A stretch of DNA of 64,000 bases from the NCBI GenBank assembly GCA_964016885.1, contig OZ024744.1, positions 20,088,001-20,152,000 on the forward strand, read 5' to 3'. The DNA is from Eledone cirrhosa. Lineage: Eukaryota. Positions 12,701-25,500 of the stretch are shown here, one piece after another (within the stretch, counting starts at the first letter, position 1; each line of letters opens with the position of its first letter). Position numbers and translations under genes: made by a program. Under the pieces are notes generated by a model. It saw only the letters and a program-made list of their open reading frames with translations. It had not been told where the DNA came from and did not search any database.

Positions 12701-13702
12701 GACTTTAGCCGCTGCATAAAAGAGATGATTTAAATCAGTAATGTTTAGTTTGTTTGTGATGATAATGTTTTTGAGAATTATGTTAGTCTTGTGTATTATC
12801 TTTTGGTTCTGTTTGGAGTTCTGGATCTTAGGGAGGGTGTCTCGTTGCCCCATGTCAGATTCTTTCATTTTCATCCATTCGATCATAATTTCATTCTTCA
12901 AGTTGGCAAGTTCATTCTCATTCATTTCTTTATCATTTACGATCTCATTATTTTCATTTGGAGTTTCATCCTGAGCATGCACTCCCTCCACTTTTTCGAT
13001 CCTTTCTTTAATTTGTTATGTTGCCAGTGATTCCGCCCCAACCCTGGGATTCGAAGTGTTACAGTTTACCTCGTTTTCACTGACAGATGTTTCATTTTCC
13101 CTTCGCTGACTTTGTGCTAATAGCTTGATCTGATCAATTTCTATATCAGTTAGTAACTTTTTTCTTACAATATTTCTTCGTATATTGGCTAGTTTGTTAC
13201 TGTCAATATAGCCTCTGTTTTCGGGATGTTTCTTTTTCCAGTTGATATATGTCTGTTCTGTATTCGATGTATTTGATGGGTAGTACATGGCAGTGTAGAA
13301 ATCCTCAAGGACTTCTTTATTATCTTCCCTTGACCATTTTTCTCTCTTTTTCTTTGGATTTCTTGGTGGTGAGCATGGAGGGCCAACAGTAGGAGTATTC
13401 CGGTTATGGGAGGTCTCCAGTTCAGAAGTGATGGGAAGGTTTGAACCATTAGCTGATTTTTCGACCCCAGTCTGGTTCCTCTCTGAGGGACGCGGCCCTT
13501 TTTTACCCGGGTGACGGCCGATCCGGTATGAGGTTTTATCATTAGACATTTACTTTATTTTGTCGCGTTTTATCCTTATCCGCCAAGGGGGTAATCATTT
13601 CGTGTTACCACTTCTAGGACGAGTGTCAACCAAGACTAGAGGGGTCGTTCTCCCCTAGAGACGGCTATTCCCCACCGGCCGCCATCCCGGTATTTCTTGG
13701 TC
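9760..13702 (-). mobile_element. R4/Dong-like RLE retrotransposon, family D1 copy a, apparently full length (single ORF 13549 to 9901, broken by stops and frameshifts)
   Basis: N-terminal REKWSREDNKEVL..NKLANIRRNI, WKSPGKD, EQKGC, IDYKKAFDS, GIFQGDSLS, YMDD, CRVCKKQPETINHIISMC, NRPDIIL..IDMSVP. Structured 5' UTR at 13550-13702. Confidence 0.93.
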
Positions 13703-13849
13703 ACGGGGTTTTCTTTTTGTTGTTTTTTTAAATTGTTATTATCATGAGTGGTTCCTTAATGTGAGCATTGCGTGGCTTAAGAATGAAATTATTAATAATT
13801 GTCTCCACTTCAGGCACAAGGCCAATGACCCAGTGCATTACAATAATAT

Positions 13850-14260
13850 AATATACTTTTTGTTGTAGTTGGCTGTTATTGTTGTTGGCTATGTCGGTGG
13901 TGGTGCCGGGCTTTTTATATTGTTGGTGAGGAAGGGGTGAGCCAGCAGTCCCATAGTTGTTGATGTTGACGTTTGGCCGGCGGCCAGGTCACTAAGTCAA
14001 TCTATTTATATCTTTTGCTAGCCTCTCCCTTGTCTAGTGATACCGCCACCTTCCCCTTTCTCTCTCAAGTTAACAGGGGAATAGTGGTGGTAGCATTGAA
14101 GGAGTGGTGGCGGCGAAGATGGGATAGTGGTAGCAATGATGGATGGGGTGAGGTGGTAGTATCTATGAGTTTGTGTTCGTATGTTTAATATATATTTTTA
14201 TTATATTTTGTGTTGACATATTCCCGTAAAATTGGAATTAAACATTTTTTTTTTAAATTT
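13850..14260 (-). mobile_element. Remnant resembling a Tx1-type 5' UTR/ORF1 start
   Basis: tgacatattcccgtaaaattggaattaaacatttt (~14214-14248) resembles tgacatttacccataatataggaattaaacatttt (~22459-22493); ACC/AAC-rich minus strand. Confidence 0.4.
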
Positions 14261-14380
14261 GAGACAATAATAATAGTAATTCTATAATAGTAATTCTATA
14301 ATGTGGTGGCAGCAGCCAGCGTGAAGATGTGGGAGACAGTAGCGGCGGTATTATTATTATTATCATTATTATTATTATTA

Positions 14381-14481
14381 CAGTTGCATTTATCTTGCTT
14401 TATGTTCATACGAGTTATCACCAAGTCACAACCAGTGACCTCAAGGTCACTGAGGGCCAACAGTATGAGTATTCCGGTTAT
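14381..14481 (-). mobile_element. Miniature chimeric D1 insertion (3' end + snap-back + 30 nt from the 5' ORF region)
   Basis: 14381-14445 is the D1 3' terminus. 14452-14481 matches 13378-13407 at 29/30. Confidence 0.85.
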
Positions 14482-14518
14482 TCTTATTATTATTCCGGTT
14501 ATTCTTATTATTATTCCG

Positions 14519-14559
<41 letters not shown>

Positions 14560-14560
<1 letters not shown>

Positions 14561-16312
14561 TGCATTTATCTTGATTTATGTTTATACGAGTTATCACCAA
14601 GTCACAACCAGTGACCTCAAGAGACAACAAGGTCCACCATGTTCAAGAAAGAACACACATATTCACACATGCATCCTTAGTGTTTAGACTTGTGATGTAC
14701 TTATATTGACAGGATCTTCCTTAGTATATGGGCAGTTCCCATTAGTACTATCTTTTGTATTTCTCCTATACGCGGGTTTCCTGGGATTTGCGATAAGTAG
14801 TCGTTAGACCCCTTAGGTATCATTCCCAGAGCGCCTACAACAACTGGTATTGTTTTAGTTCTCAATTTCCACATTTTTCCAATTTCTATCTCCAGGTCCT
14901 TATACTTGCTCAATTTTTCAAATGTTTTTATAGATACATTCTTGTCTATTGGAACAGACATATCAATTAGCAGGCATACCGTCCTTTGAAAGTCCTTCAA
15001 TATTATATCAGGTCTATTTGCATCTATTTTTCGGTCTGTTTGGATGCTAAAGTTCCACAAGATTGAGACGTGATCTTTTTCAAGTATGGGAGGTGGTTGA
15101 TGCTCCCACCAATTCTTTTGATGGGGCAGGTCAAAATGCTTACGCATTATCCAATGTATGTATTGTGCAGCTCTGTCATGCCTGTTTAGGTATTCGGTTG
15201 GAGCTATAGGACTGCACATTGAAATTATATGGTCAATGGTCTCTGGTTGTTTTTTGCATACACGGCATAATGGGCTGCACCCATTTTTTATTATGTTGGC
15301 TTGGTAATTTTTTGTTGGCAGACACTGATCTTGTGCGGATATAATCAGTCCTTCAGTCTCCGATTTCAGTCCAGAGGATGCCAACCACTGATGGGTTAAA
15401 GTTTTGTCAACATCAGGATTGTTAGCTCGCTCTGGGTATTTTCCATACAGAGGCTTTTCTTGCCATTTCTTAGCCAGTTTCTGTAGCAGTTCTTTCTTTG
15501 CAGTTACTTTTACCTGCTTTGCTTTTTCTGTGTTTTCCATTTCAGCAGTAAATGGGACTTCTGAAATGTGTAGTCCATTACTGTATCTTTGTGCATCTTT
15601 TGTAATGGAATATGATCTTTTGGTGCTTTCGTGTTTCAAAACGAGTTTGATCATCCAATCATGTGATTCCCTTAGATATGTGGATAATCCAATTGTTGCA
15701 GTTTTCAACGCAATGTCTAACTGGATTAACCCACGTCCTCCTTCTTTCCTAGGGAGATATATTCTATCTATGTCTGCCTTAGGGTGATGCATTCTGTGCA
15801 TGGTTAAGAATTTTCGGATTTTTGTATCGAGCCTACGGATCTCTGTGCTTGACCAGTTGATGACATTGTAACTGTACGTTACTACTGGTATGGCAAGCGT
15901 GTTTATGGCATCGATCCTATTCGTTGCATTCAATTCCGTTCTTAAGATTGCTCTGACTCTGCGGTAACATTCCTTCCTTATCCTTTCCCTCATTGTCGAG
16001 TGCTTGATTCCGTCTCCTTCACAAACACCTAGATATTTGTAAGTTTGTTCTTGATCAAGCTCTCTTATCACGTTCCCCCGATCAAGATTAATGTCTGAAC
16101 TCTTCAGCAGCTTTCCTCTGGTGAACGTTGCTTTGGCGCATTTATCCAGTCCAAACTCCATTTTAATGTCATCACTGAACTGCTTCACAGTGGATAATAG
16201 CCCTTGCAATTGTTCATCATTTTTTGCAAATAGTTTCAGGTCATCCATGTAGAACAGGTGATTAATGGTTTTGTCATAGACTCTATATCCATGTTTTGTT
16301 TCATTGAGCATT
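14560..16312 (-). mobile_element. Family D1 copy b, 5'-truncated inside RT; remaining ORF open
   Basis: ORF 14701-16362 (YMDD to RLE, ends LMGTAHILRKILSI); near identical to 9760-11510; (ATT)n flanks. Confidence 0.95.
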
Positions 16313-16344
16313 ATTATTATTATTATTATTATTGTTATTGTTAT

Positions 16345-19300
16345 TCCTTGAATCTCAGTCATTGATGTTGGTTAACTGGAAAGTCCGTTGGATTGAATAT
16401 CAAGCCATTACCTGCAGCCTCAGATATTCAGGACGTATCGGAGGGTTCTTGCTGTTCCAAGCAAGCATGCCTTTTGAAGCGTTCCAAAAAGCGTGAAGGG
16501 GCCGATTTTCTTTAACCATCCCTGGAAACCTTTGGAGATAGTCCCCAGTGCGCCTATGACAATCGGGATCACTTTGACTTCATGGCAGTTCCAAATCCTT
16601 TTCACCTCCCACTTTAGGTCCTGGTATCGGTTGATTTTCTCCCTCTCCTTCTCTTGCACTCTCGTGTCGAACGGGCAGGCCACATCCACAATCAGGCACG
16701 ATCTTTTTTCTTTGTCCACAACCACCAGGTCAGGTCTATTGTGTTCCAGTTTTTCGTCCGTCTGTATCCTAAATCCGACAGCACCTTCACCTGACTGTTC
16801 TCCATCACCGCCTCTGGCCTATGCTCATACCATTTCTCAGAATGTGGTAGATTGTTTACTTTGCACAGGTGCCAGTGGATCACCCTGCCCATCACATCGT
16901 GTCTCCAGCCCTTATAGTGGGTCTGGGCTAGGTGTTTACACTCGGACACAATGTGAGCCACAGTCTCCTCTCTCTCTCCACAGATCCTGCACAGTGGGCT
17001 AGCCTCCTCCTTGTAGATATGGTGCTTCAACCACTTCGTTTTGAGGGCCTGCTCCTGCGCAGCCATTAGCATTCCTTCTGTAGCCTTTTTGAGGTCTCCT
17101 CTTCTCAACCAGTTCCATGTCTGTGGATCTCTAAATTCAGTTTTCTCAAAGAAGGTACTATGAAGGGATTTTCCCTTAAGGCTGCTCTTCCTCCTTGATG
17201 TTATTTCCTCCTTGGATATCCCCTGGCCTACTGTCCCCTCCTTCAGTACAGCTCTGAGCATTGGCTCCTTACTATAGGTCACGTATTTGTATAGGTTGTT
17301 TTTCTCCATCTGAACACAGTCCTCTATGCTGATAAGACCTCTTCCAACCTCAGATCTCCTTAGGTAGAGTCTATCGACATCACTCCTCTTGTGGAACATG
17401 TTGTAGATAGTCAATAGCTTCCTAGTCTTCCTATCCATTTCTTTTTGTTCAGCAACATTCCATCTCAGAATTCCCGCACTGTACCTAATAATAGACACAG
17501 CTCGGGAATTTACTGCGCTTATGGCATTTCTGCTGTTCAGATGTGACTTCAATACGCTCCTTACTCTCCGAATGTATTCAGTTCTTAACAATTCCTTCAT
17601 TTTTTTGTTCTTTATGCCATCAGCCTCCAGAACGCCCAAATACTTGTATCCTTCCTCAGAGTCAATTTCCTTTATCATTTCACCTGTTGGTATCTGGATC
17701 CCGTTACTTCTGCTCAACCTACCCCTCTTCATCACAATGACTCCACATTTACCAATACCAAACTGCATACATATATCACTGCTGAAAATACGGACAGTGT
17801 CAACAAGCACATCCAACTCCTTCTCACTTTTCCCGAAGAGCTTAAGATCGTCCATGAAGAGGAGGTGATTGATGGTAAGCTCTCCCCTTCCCAACTTGTA
17901 TCCTGCTCTCACTTTTCGCAGCATAATGGTCAAGGGCATCAGGGCAAGGACAAACAACAGAGGGGACAGGCTATCTCCCTGGAAGATACCTCTCTTGATC
18001 TTCACGCTTCCCAAGGATACTCCAGTTGATGTCAACTCTGTCTCCCAGGACCCCATACTCCTGCCCAGCAACTGTCTGATGTTATCTGCCACCCTGAAGA
18101 TCTCCAGGCTTTTGGTGATCCAGGAATGAGGCACCATGTCAAATGCCTTTCTGTAGTCTATCCATCCCATGGCAAGATCAGTGTGTCTCACCCTGCAATT
18201 CCCCATTACCATCTTATCAATAAGCAACTGGTCCTTTGTACCACGTGACTTCTTTCGGCATCCTTTCTGTTCGTCCCGTAACAAGTTGTTTGTGTGGAGG
18301 TGATGGTAGATTTCCTCAGACACAATGCTCGTCAACAGTTTCCACATTACGGGCAGACATGTGATAGGTCTATAGTTGGTAACATCATTACCCTTGATTC
18401 GGTCTTTCATTATCAGAACTGTGGTACCTTTTGTCAACCACTCTGGCACCTCACCCGACACCAAGCAGTCATTGAACATGGCCGTCAGCTTCGGGTGGAG
18501 GGATGTTAAATGTTTAATCCAATACCCCTGCACACCATCTGGGCCAGGTGATTTCCAGTTGGTTAGTTTTTTGGCTTGCCCCTTAAGAGTTTCAACTGTG
18601 ATACTCAAATCAGTCTGTTGTTATGCCTGCTCACCGATCTCCCTCTGTACTGTCTCAATCCACCCTGCCTGGGCATTGTGTCTAACATCCTGCTCCCATA
18701 TTCCTCTCCAGAATGTTTTAGCTTGTTCCGCCCCAGGGATCAAGTCGTTGCCTCTTTCTTTCCCCTCAAGCTGTCCAAACAGCATCTTCTGGTTGTTGTC
18801 GAACATGCGGTTCTGTTTATATTGACTGACTCTGTTCTCGTATCGCCTGATTTTGGCACTCTTTGCTACAATGCGTTGCTTCAATTCCTCTATGATAATA
18901 TTTAGCTTTTTACTCCTAGTTTTGTATTTTATTTCCAGTCTATTTTTAGTGCCTATGTTTTTTAGTGTCCCATTCAGTAGTGACTCAAGCTTTCCTATGT
19001 CATTTCTCATTTCCCCGATTTGCCCACTCAGTCGCTTCTTCCACCACGGCTCTGCTCTTTCTTGTCTGTTGTTTCCTCTCGCTTTTATACCAAGTAGTTT
19101 CCTCACCGTATTTGCTGTTGCTTTGAGGATATTATTGCACTGGTGAAGACACCTCGCCTCAAGGTATGGGATGATTTTGTTTACCTTAGCTGTTGTTTCT
19201 TTTAACTTTTTCCTGTCTACAAATCTTAGGTTCATAGGTCTCCCACTATCATTGTTCAACTCATCTACCACTAAATTTAGGATGTCAACCGAATCTTGTC

Positions 19301-19350
19301 CTAGCCCGTCAGCATTCATCTCCTCAGTGGCCGTATCTCTGTTCCAGGTA
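16345..19350 (-). mobile_element. Family D2 copy b, 5'-truncated
   Basis: ORFs 18621-19406, 16692-18608 and 16420-16725: WKSPGPDG, EQKGCR, IDYRKAFD, QGDSLSP, FMDD, RLE. (ATT)n flanks. Confidence 0.95.
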
Positions 19351-19388
19351 TTATTTATTATTATTATTATTATTATTGTTATTGTTAT

Positions 19389-22184
19389 TCCTTGAATCTC
19401 AGTCATTGATGTTGGTTAACTGGAAAGTCCGTTGGATTGAATATCAAGCCACTACCTGCAGCCTCAGATATTCAGGACGTATCGGAGGGTTCTTGCTGTT
19501 CCAAGCAAGCATGCCTTTTGAAGCGTTCCAAAAAGCGTGAAGGGGCCGATTTTCTTTAACCATCCCTGGAAACCTTTGGAGATAGTCCCCAGTGCGCCTA
19601 TTACAATCGGGATCACTTTGACTTCATGGCAGTTCCAAATCCTTTTTACCTCCCACTTTAAGTGCTGGTATCGGTTAATTTTCTCCCTCTCCTTCTCTTG
19701 CACTCTCGTGTCGAATGGGCAGGCCACATCCACAATCAGCCATGATCTTTTTTCTTTGTCCAAAACCACCAGGTTAGGTCTATTGTGTTCCAGTTTCTTG
19801 TCCGTCTGTATCCTAAAATCCCACAGCACCTTCACCTGATCGCTCTCCATCACCGCCTCTGGCTTATGCTCATACCATTCTCAGAATGTGGTAAACTGTC
19901 TACTTTGCACAGCTGCCAGTGGATCACCCTGCCCATCACATCATGTCTCCAGCCCTTAAAGTGGGCCTGGGCTAGGTGTTTACACTCGGATACAATGTGA
20001 ACCACAGTCTCCTCTCTTTCTCCACAGATCCTGCACAGTGGGCTAGCCTCCTCCTTGTAAATATGGTGTTTCAACCACTTCGTTTTGGGGGCCTGCTCCT
20101 GCGCAGCCATTAACATTCCTTCTGTAGCCTTTTTGAGGTCTCCTCTTCTCAACCAGTTCCATGTCTGTGGATCTCTAAATTCAGTTTTCTCAAAGAAGGT
20201 ACTATGAAGGGATTTTCCCTGAAGGCTGCTTTTTCTCCTTGATGTTATTTCCTCCTCGGACATCCCCTGGTCTATTGTCCCCTCCTTCAGTACAGTTCTG
20301 AGCATTGGCTCCTTACTATCAGTCACGTATTTGTGTAGGTTGTTTTTCTCCATCTGAACACAGTCCTCTATGCTGATAAGACCTCTTCCACCCTCAGATC
20401 TCCTTAGGTAGAGTGTATCGATATCACTCCTCTTGTGGAACATGTTGTAGATAGTCAATAGCTTCCTAGTCTTCCTATCCATTTCTTTTTGTTCAGCAAC
20501 ATTCCATCTCAGAATTCCCGCACTGTACCTAATAATAGACACAGCTCGGGAATTTACTGCGCTTATGGCATTTCTGCTGTTCAGATGTGACTTCAATACG
20601 CTCCTTACTCTCCGAATGTATTCAGTTCTTAACAATTCCTTCATTATTTTGTTCTTGATGTCATCAGCCCCCAGAACGCCCAAATACTTGTATCCTTCCT
20701 CAGAGTCAATTTCCTTTATCATCTCACCTGTTGGTATCTGGATTCCGTTACTTCTGCTCAACCTACCCCTCCTCATCACAATGACTCCACACTTACTAAT
20801 ACCAAACTGCATACATATATCACTGCTGAAAATACGGACAGTGTCAACAAGCACATCCAACTCCTTCTCACTCTTCCCGAAGAGGTTAAGATCGTCCATG
20901 AAGAGGAGGTGATTGATGGTAAGCTCTCCCTTTCCCAACTTGTATCCTGCTCTCACTTTTCGCAGCATAATGGTCAGGGGCATCAGGGCAAGGACAAACA
21001 ACAGAGGGGACAGGCTATCTCCCTGGAAGATATCTCTCATGATCTTCACGCTTCCCAAGGATTCTCCAGTTGATGTCAACTCTGTTTCCCAGGACCTCAT
21101 ACTCCTGCCCAGCAACTGTCTGATGTTATCTGCCACATTGAAGATCTCCAGGCTTTTGGTGATCCAAGAATGAGGCACCATGTCGAATGCCGTTCTGTAG
21201 TCTATCGATCCCATGGCAAGATCAGTGTGTCTCCTCCTGCAATTCCCAATTACCATCTTATCAATAAGTAACTGGTCCTTTGTACCACGTGACTTCTTTC
21301 GGCATCCTTTCTGTTCGTTCGGTAACAAGTTGTTTGTGTGGAGGTGATGGTAGATTTCAGACACAATGCTCGTCAACAGTTTCCACATTACGGACAGACA
21401 TGTGATAGGTATATAATTGGTAACATCATTACCCTTGATTCGGTCTTTCATTATCAGAACTGTGGTACCTTTTGTCAACCACTCTGGTACCTCACCTGAC
21501 ATCAAGCAGACATTGAACATGGTTGTCAGTTTCGGGTGGAGGGATGTTATGTTTTTAATCCAATACCCCTGCACACCATCTGGGCCAGGTGATTTCCAGT
21601 TGGTTAGTTTTTTGGCCTGCCCCTTAAGAGTTTCAACTGTGATACTCAAATCAGTTTGTTGGCGTGCCTGTTCACTGATCTCCTTCTGTACTGTCTCAAT
21701 CCACACTGACTGGTCATTATGTTTAACATCCTGCTCCCATATTCCCCTCCAAAATGTTTTAGTTTGTTCCGCCTCAGGGATCACGTTGTTGTCTCTTTCT
21801 TTCCCTTCAAGCTGTCCAAACAGCATCTTCTGGTTGTTGTCGAACATGCGGTTCTGTCTATACTGGCTGACTCTGTTCTCGTATCGCCTGATTTTTGCAC
21901 TTTTTGTTACAATGCGTTGCTTCAGTTCCTCTATGATAATATTTAGCTTTTTCCTCCTAGTGTTGTACTTTATTTCCAGTCTAGTTTTAGTGTCTATGTT
22001 TTTTAGTGTCCCATTCAGTAGGGACTCAAGCTTTCCAATGTCATTTCTCATTTCCCTAATTTGACCACTCAGTCGTTTCTTTCACCAAGGCTCTGCTCTT
22101 TCTTGTCTGTTGTTTCCTCTCGCTTTTATACCAAGTAGTTTCCTCGCCGTATTTGCTGTTGCTTTGAGGATATTGTTGCACTGG
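19389..22184 (-). mobile_element. Family D2 copy c, 5'-truncated
   Basis: ORFs 19850-22051 and 19464-19853; near identical to copy b. Confidence 0.95.
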
Positions 22185-22215
22185 ATATTGTCTGACAGGT
22201 ATCGACTAGATATTG

Positions 22216-22530
22216 AGGCAGCGGCGGCGGTGGCGGTGCTGTGCCAGCAGCAACTAGCAGGAGGTAGTTGGAGAGAATAGCGGCGGTAGCGATAGTGGGG
22301 CAGCGGTGGTGGTGATGTGGTCGTATTACTGTAGTGATGGTGTTGAAGTTGGAGTAGAAATTTGAGTCGACTTGACCAGAGTTTTCATCGTGGTAGTGGT
22401 GCTGGTATTGGTGGTGAAATTATCTTTAGTGAAATTATCGTTAGTCGCGTATATGCGCTGACATTTACCCATAATATAGGAATTAAACATTTTGTCAAAT
22501 TATCTTTAGTTATTATTCTTTGTCTTCCAG
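22216..22530 (-). mobile_element. Inverted ORF1-start-like segment attached to Tx1 copy 2
   Basis: Minus strand reads MGKCQRIYATNDNFTKDNFTTNTSTTTTMK. Strand compositional skew switches near 22535. Confidence 0.45.
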
Positions 22531-22538
22531 TAGCGAAG

Positions 22539-25500
22539 ATGAAGGAAAACCCAAAAGTGCAAAAAAACAGAGAAAAATCACAAAAAAAGCCCCTACAAAA
22601 CACAAAAACACACACAACAAAAAATACAGACACCACTAACGCAGACACTTCCCCAATAACATCAGCACCATCAGCAACATCGACACCACCTCCACAATCC
22701 CCGAAACGCAAACAACCTAAACAAACACAAGTACAAATAAACACACAAATACCTGAAATTGCAGACACCACACCTACAACAAACATAGACATACCCGAAA
22801 CAACACCACCAAAACCATCGCCACCACCTTCACCAAAACGAAAACAAATAAAACCACACCAACAGAATGTTAAAAACTTCGTGCTTGTCAGAAGGGCCAA
22901 CGATAAACTGATGGCCCTCTTAGCGCGAAGCGAGGACATTCAAACAGAGGGGGAGATTTTTGAAATGAGCACATTTTGCGTGCCAGAAGATTTGCTTCTG
23001 GTCCGAATGTCACTCAATTCCGTCAAAGAAATTCGAGAGAGCTTTCCTCAAGACGTGGGAAACCCGAATGTGAAACCCACATCAAGACTTTTAAAGGGGT
23101 TCCCAAAAGAAACCCCACCAACCATGGAGGTCTAACCACCCGACCTTCACAAGACGCGGGAGGTAAGTAAACCTTCCCTCTCTTTCTCTTAGCTTACCAA
23201 TATGGCCATATTAAGAGTAGAATGTTTAAATGTTCGCGGCCTGGGGTCACCCTGGAAGCAGGGTCGCCTGCTCAACGACCTCCGGTCGCTGGAAGTGGAT
23301 GTGATTGCCGTAAGCGAGACCAGAATTTCCGACACGCGTGCACTAGCCCCCATTTTCGACGACTATCAGATCTTCGCATCTGTTAGCAGGCCGGGAATGG
23401 GGGGTGGGGTGGCAGTGCTGTTTAGGAAAGGACTGGATCTCGAGGTAAGATCGATCTTCCGGGACCCGGACGGTAAGTTGGTGGTCTTGGATGTGAGCAG
23501 TAGCGAAGGTGGTGCCTTTAGACTGCTGGCCGCCTACGCCCCTACAGAGGCCGGACGACCTGACTTCTTTAGGCGCCTGGAGACCTTTCTGGGTACGTCT
23601 CGCCCTTTACTGTTAGCGGGGGACTGGAATGGCATCTTAGACGCACGCTGGGATTGTGTGGGAGTAGCCGATAGGAGCGGGAGGTGCAAAAGCCTCAAGC
23701 ACCTACTCAGCCAGTTCCAACTGTCTAACAGGTATCGACTAGATTTCCCCAATGTGCCAGTATGGACATGGACCAACCGAATGGGGTCATCTAGATCGTA
23801 TATAGACAGAATCTTCATTAGGAAAATAGATAGAAATAGTTTGGGCTGTCCACTTTTTAAAACGGTCGCCTATTCAGATCACAAATGTGTGATCTGTACG
23901 GTCGACCTAAGTAAAACGCGGAGGTTAGGACCGGGTTACTGGAAGCTGAACATGTCATTTCCGGCACGTAAGGCTTACAGGGTCCGAGTCAATAAGTTAG
24001 TTAAGCAAAAGTTGACAGGGGTATCATCAACAACAGATGGTGGGGGGCTCTCAAAAGAGAGATTAGAGTAACTTCGATAGAGTTCAGCAAAGACTAGCGT
24101 TAGAGAAAAATAGAAAGGAGGGGGAGCTGGTATATAAGTTAGACGAGGCTATTTGTAGTGGCATCGCAACTGACGTGCTAACGGCGAGAATGTAATTAGA
24201 CCATTTCTTCAATGCCAAACACGAAGGTTGCATTGTCAGAGCTAAGGCGCGTGCGCTGAGAAACGAGGGAACTAAAGCTGTTCGATGGGCCCGCGTGGCG
24301 GAGGCGCAGCGTGGTAATAAAACCACAATTCGGTCTTTGGCGGACCGAGACGGACACGAGATAAGCAATTCCAAGCGGATGTGTGAGGCCTTTCGCCAGC
24401 ACTTTGCTCGGTTGTTCGGGGAGAGTGGCGAGTCAGAGAGAGTAGCGGATTTCAGTCCCTACCTTGACGGCTTGCCGCGCATCTCGACGGTCGACGCTGA
24501 GCGCTGCGAAAGGCCGATTACTTCAGCCGAAATTCAGGACGCCCTTGTCGGCTGCATGAGGCGCAAGTCACCCGGCTTGGATGGCCTGCCCTACGAGCTT
24601 TACGCAAATATGCCAGACTTGTTCTCCGAACTCCTCGAAGCACTCTACTGTAACTGGCAGGAGAATGGGAGTATTCCCAGTTCTGTGATCAGGGGAGTGG
24701 TGACGCTGATGAGGAAAGACGAGAACAAGAGGGATACATTAGACAACTTCAGGCCCATAACTCTGCTCAACACAGAGTTTAAGATTTTGGCCAAGGTGTT
24801 AGCAAAGAGATTGGCGCTTGTCGTCGAGGATTTGGTTGGGGAGGCGCAAACTTGCGCAATCCCAGCCAGGTCCATACACGACAATCTCCACCTTATGCGA
24901 TACATCATAGAGAAGGTAGGGTGTAAACCTGGCTTCGGTGTGGCACTGATCAATTTAGATCAATCGAAAGCATTCGATAGGGTCGACCATCGGTATCTGG
25001 AGTTTGTCCTCAAAGCAGCTGGCTTCGGCCCTGTCTTTAGAAGCTGGATCGTTGCAATGCACAGCGGCACACGCTCGGTGGTCAAGGTTAATGGCCACCT
25101 CTCGGAACCATTTCGGCTCTCCCGATCGGTCCGTCAAGGGTGCCCTCTCTCTTCCTTTCTGTACGTATTGACTCTCGAGCCTTTACTGCGGAAGCTGGAG
25201 CTGTTGCAGGGCATCCCGCTGGAACCGGGACGTGGAAAGGCGGTGTCGGCTTATGCGGACGACATCACCGTGATGGTGTCGAACACCTCAGAAATCGAGG
25301 TGGTCGGCACCTTATTGAAGGAATATGAAAGGTTGACAGGAGCCAAACTTAACCCGGAAAAGTCGGTGGGCTTGCAGCTCGGAACCTGGAGAGGCAAGCC
25401 CATGCCGTCCAACAGCGTCGTGGGGCGCTGGACGGACGGACCAGTAAAGTTGCTCGGGGTTTGGTTCGGACCAGACCTCCAGGTGGAAAATAATTGGGAC

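Noticed and set aside
9365-22064. Recurrent antisense ORFs (9365-9712, 10603-10986, 17521-17868, 21417-22064 etc.)
   Set aside because: Shadows of near-identical retrotransposon ORFs; recurrence reflects copy similarity.
23163-23192. Micro-intron GTAAGT...TTAG just upstream of ORF2
   Set aside because: Only 30 nt long, and the AG is absent in the other two copies.
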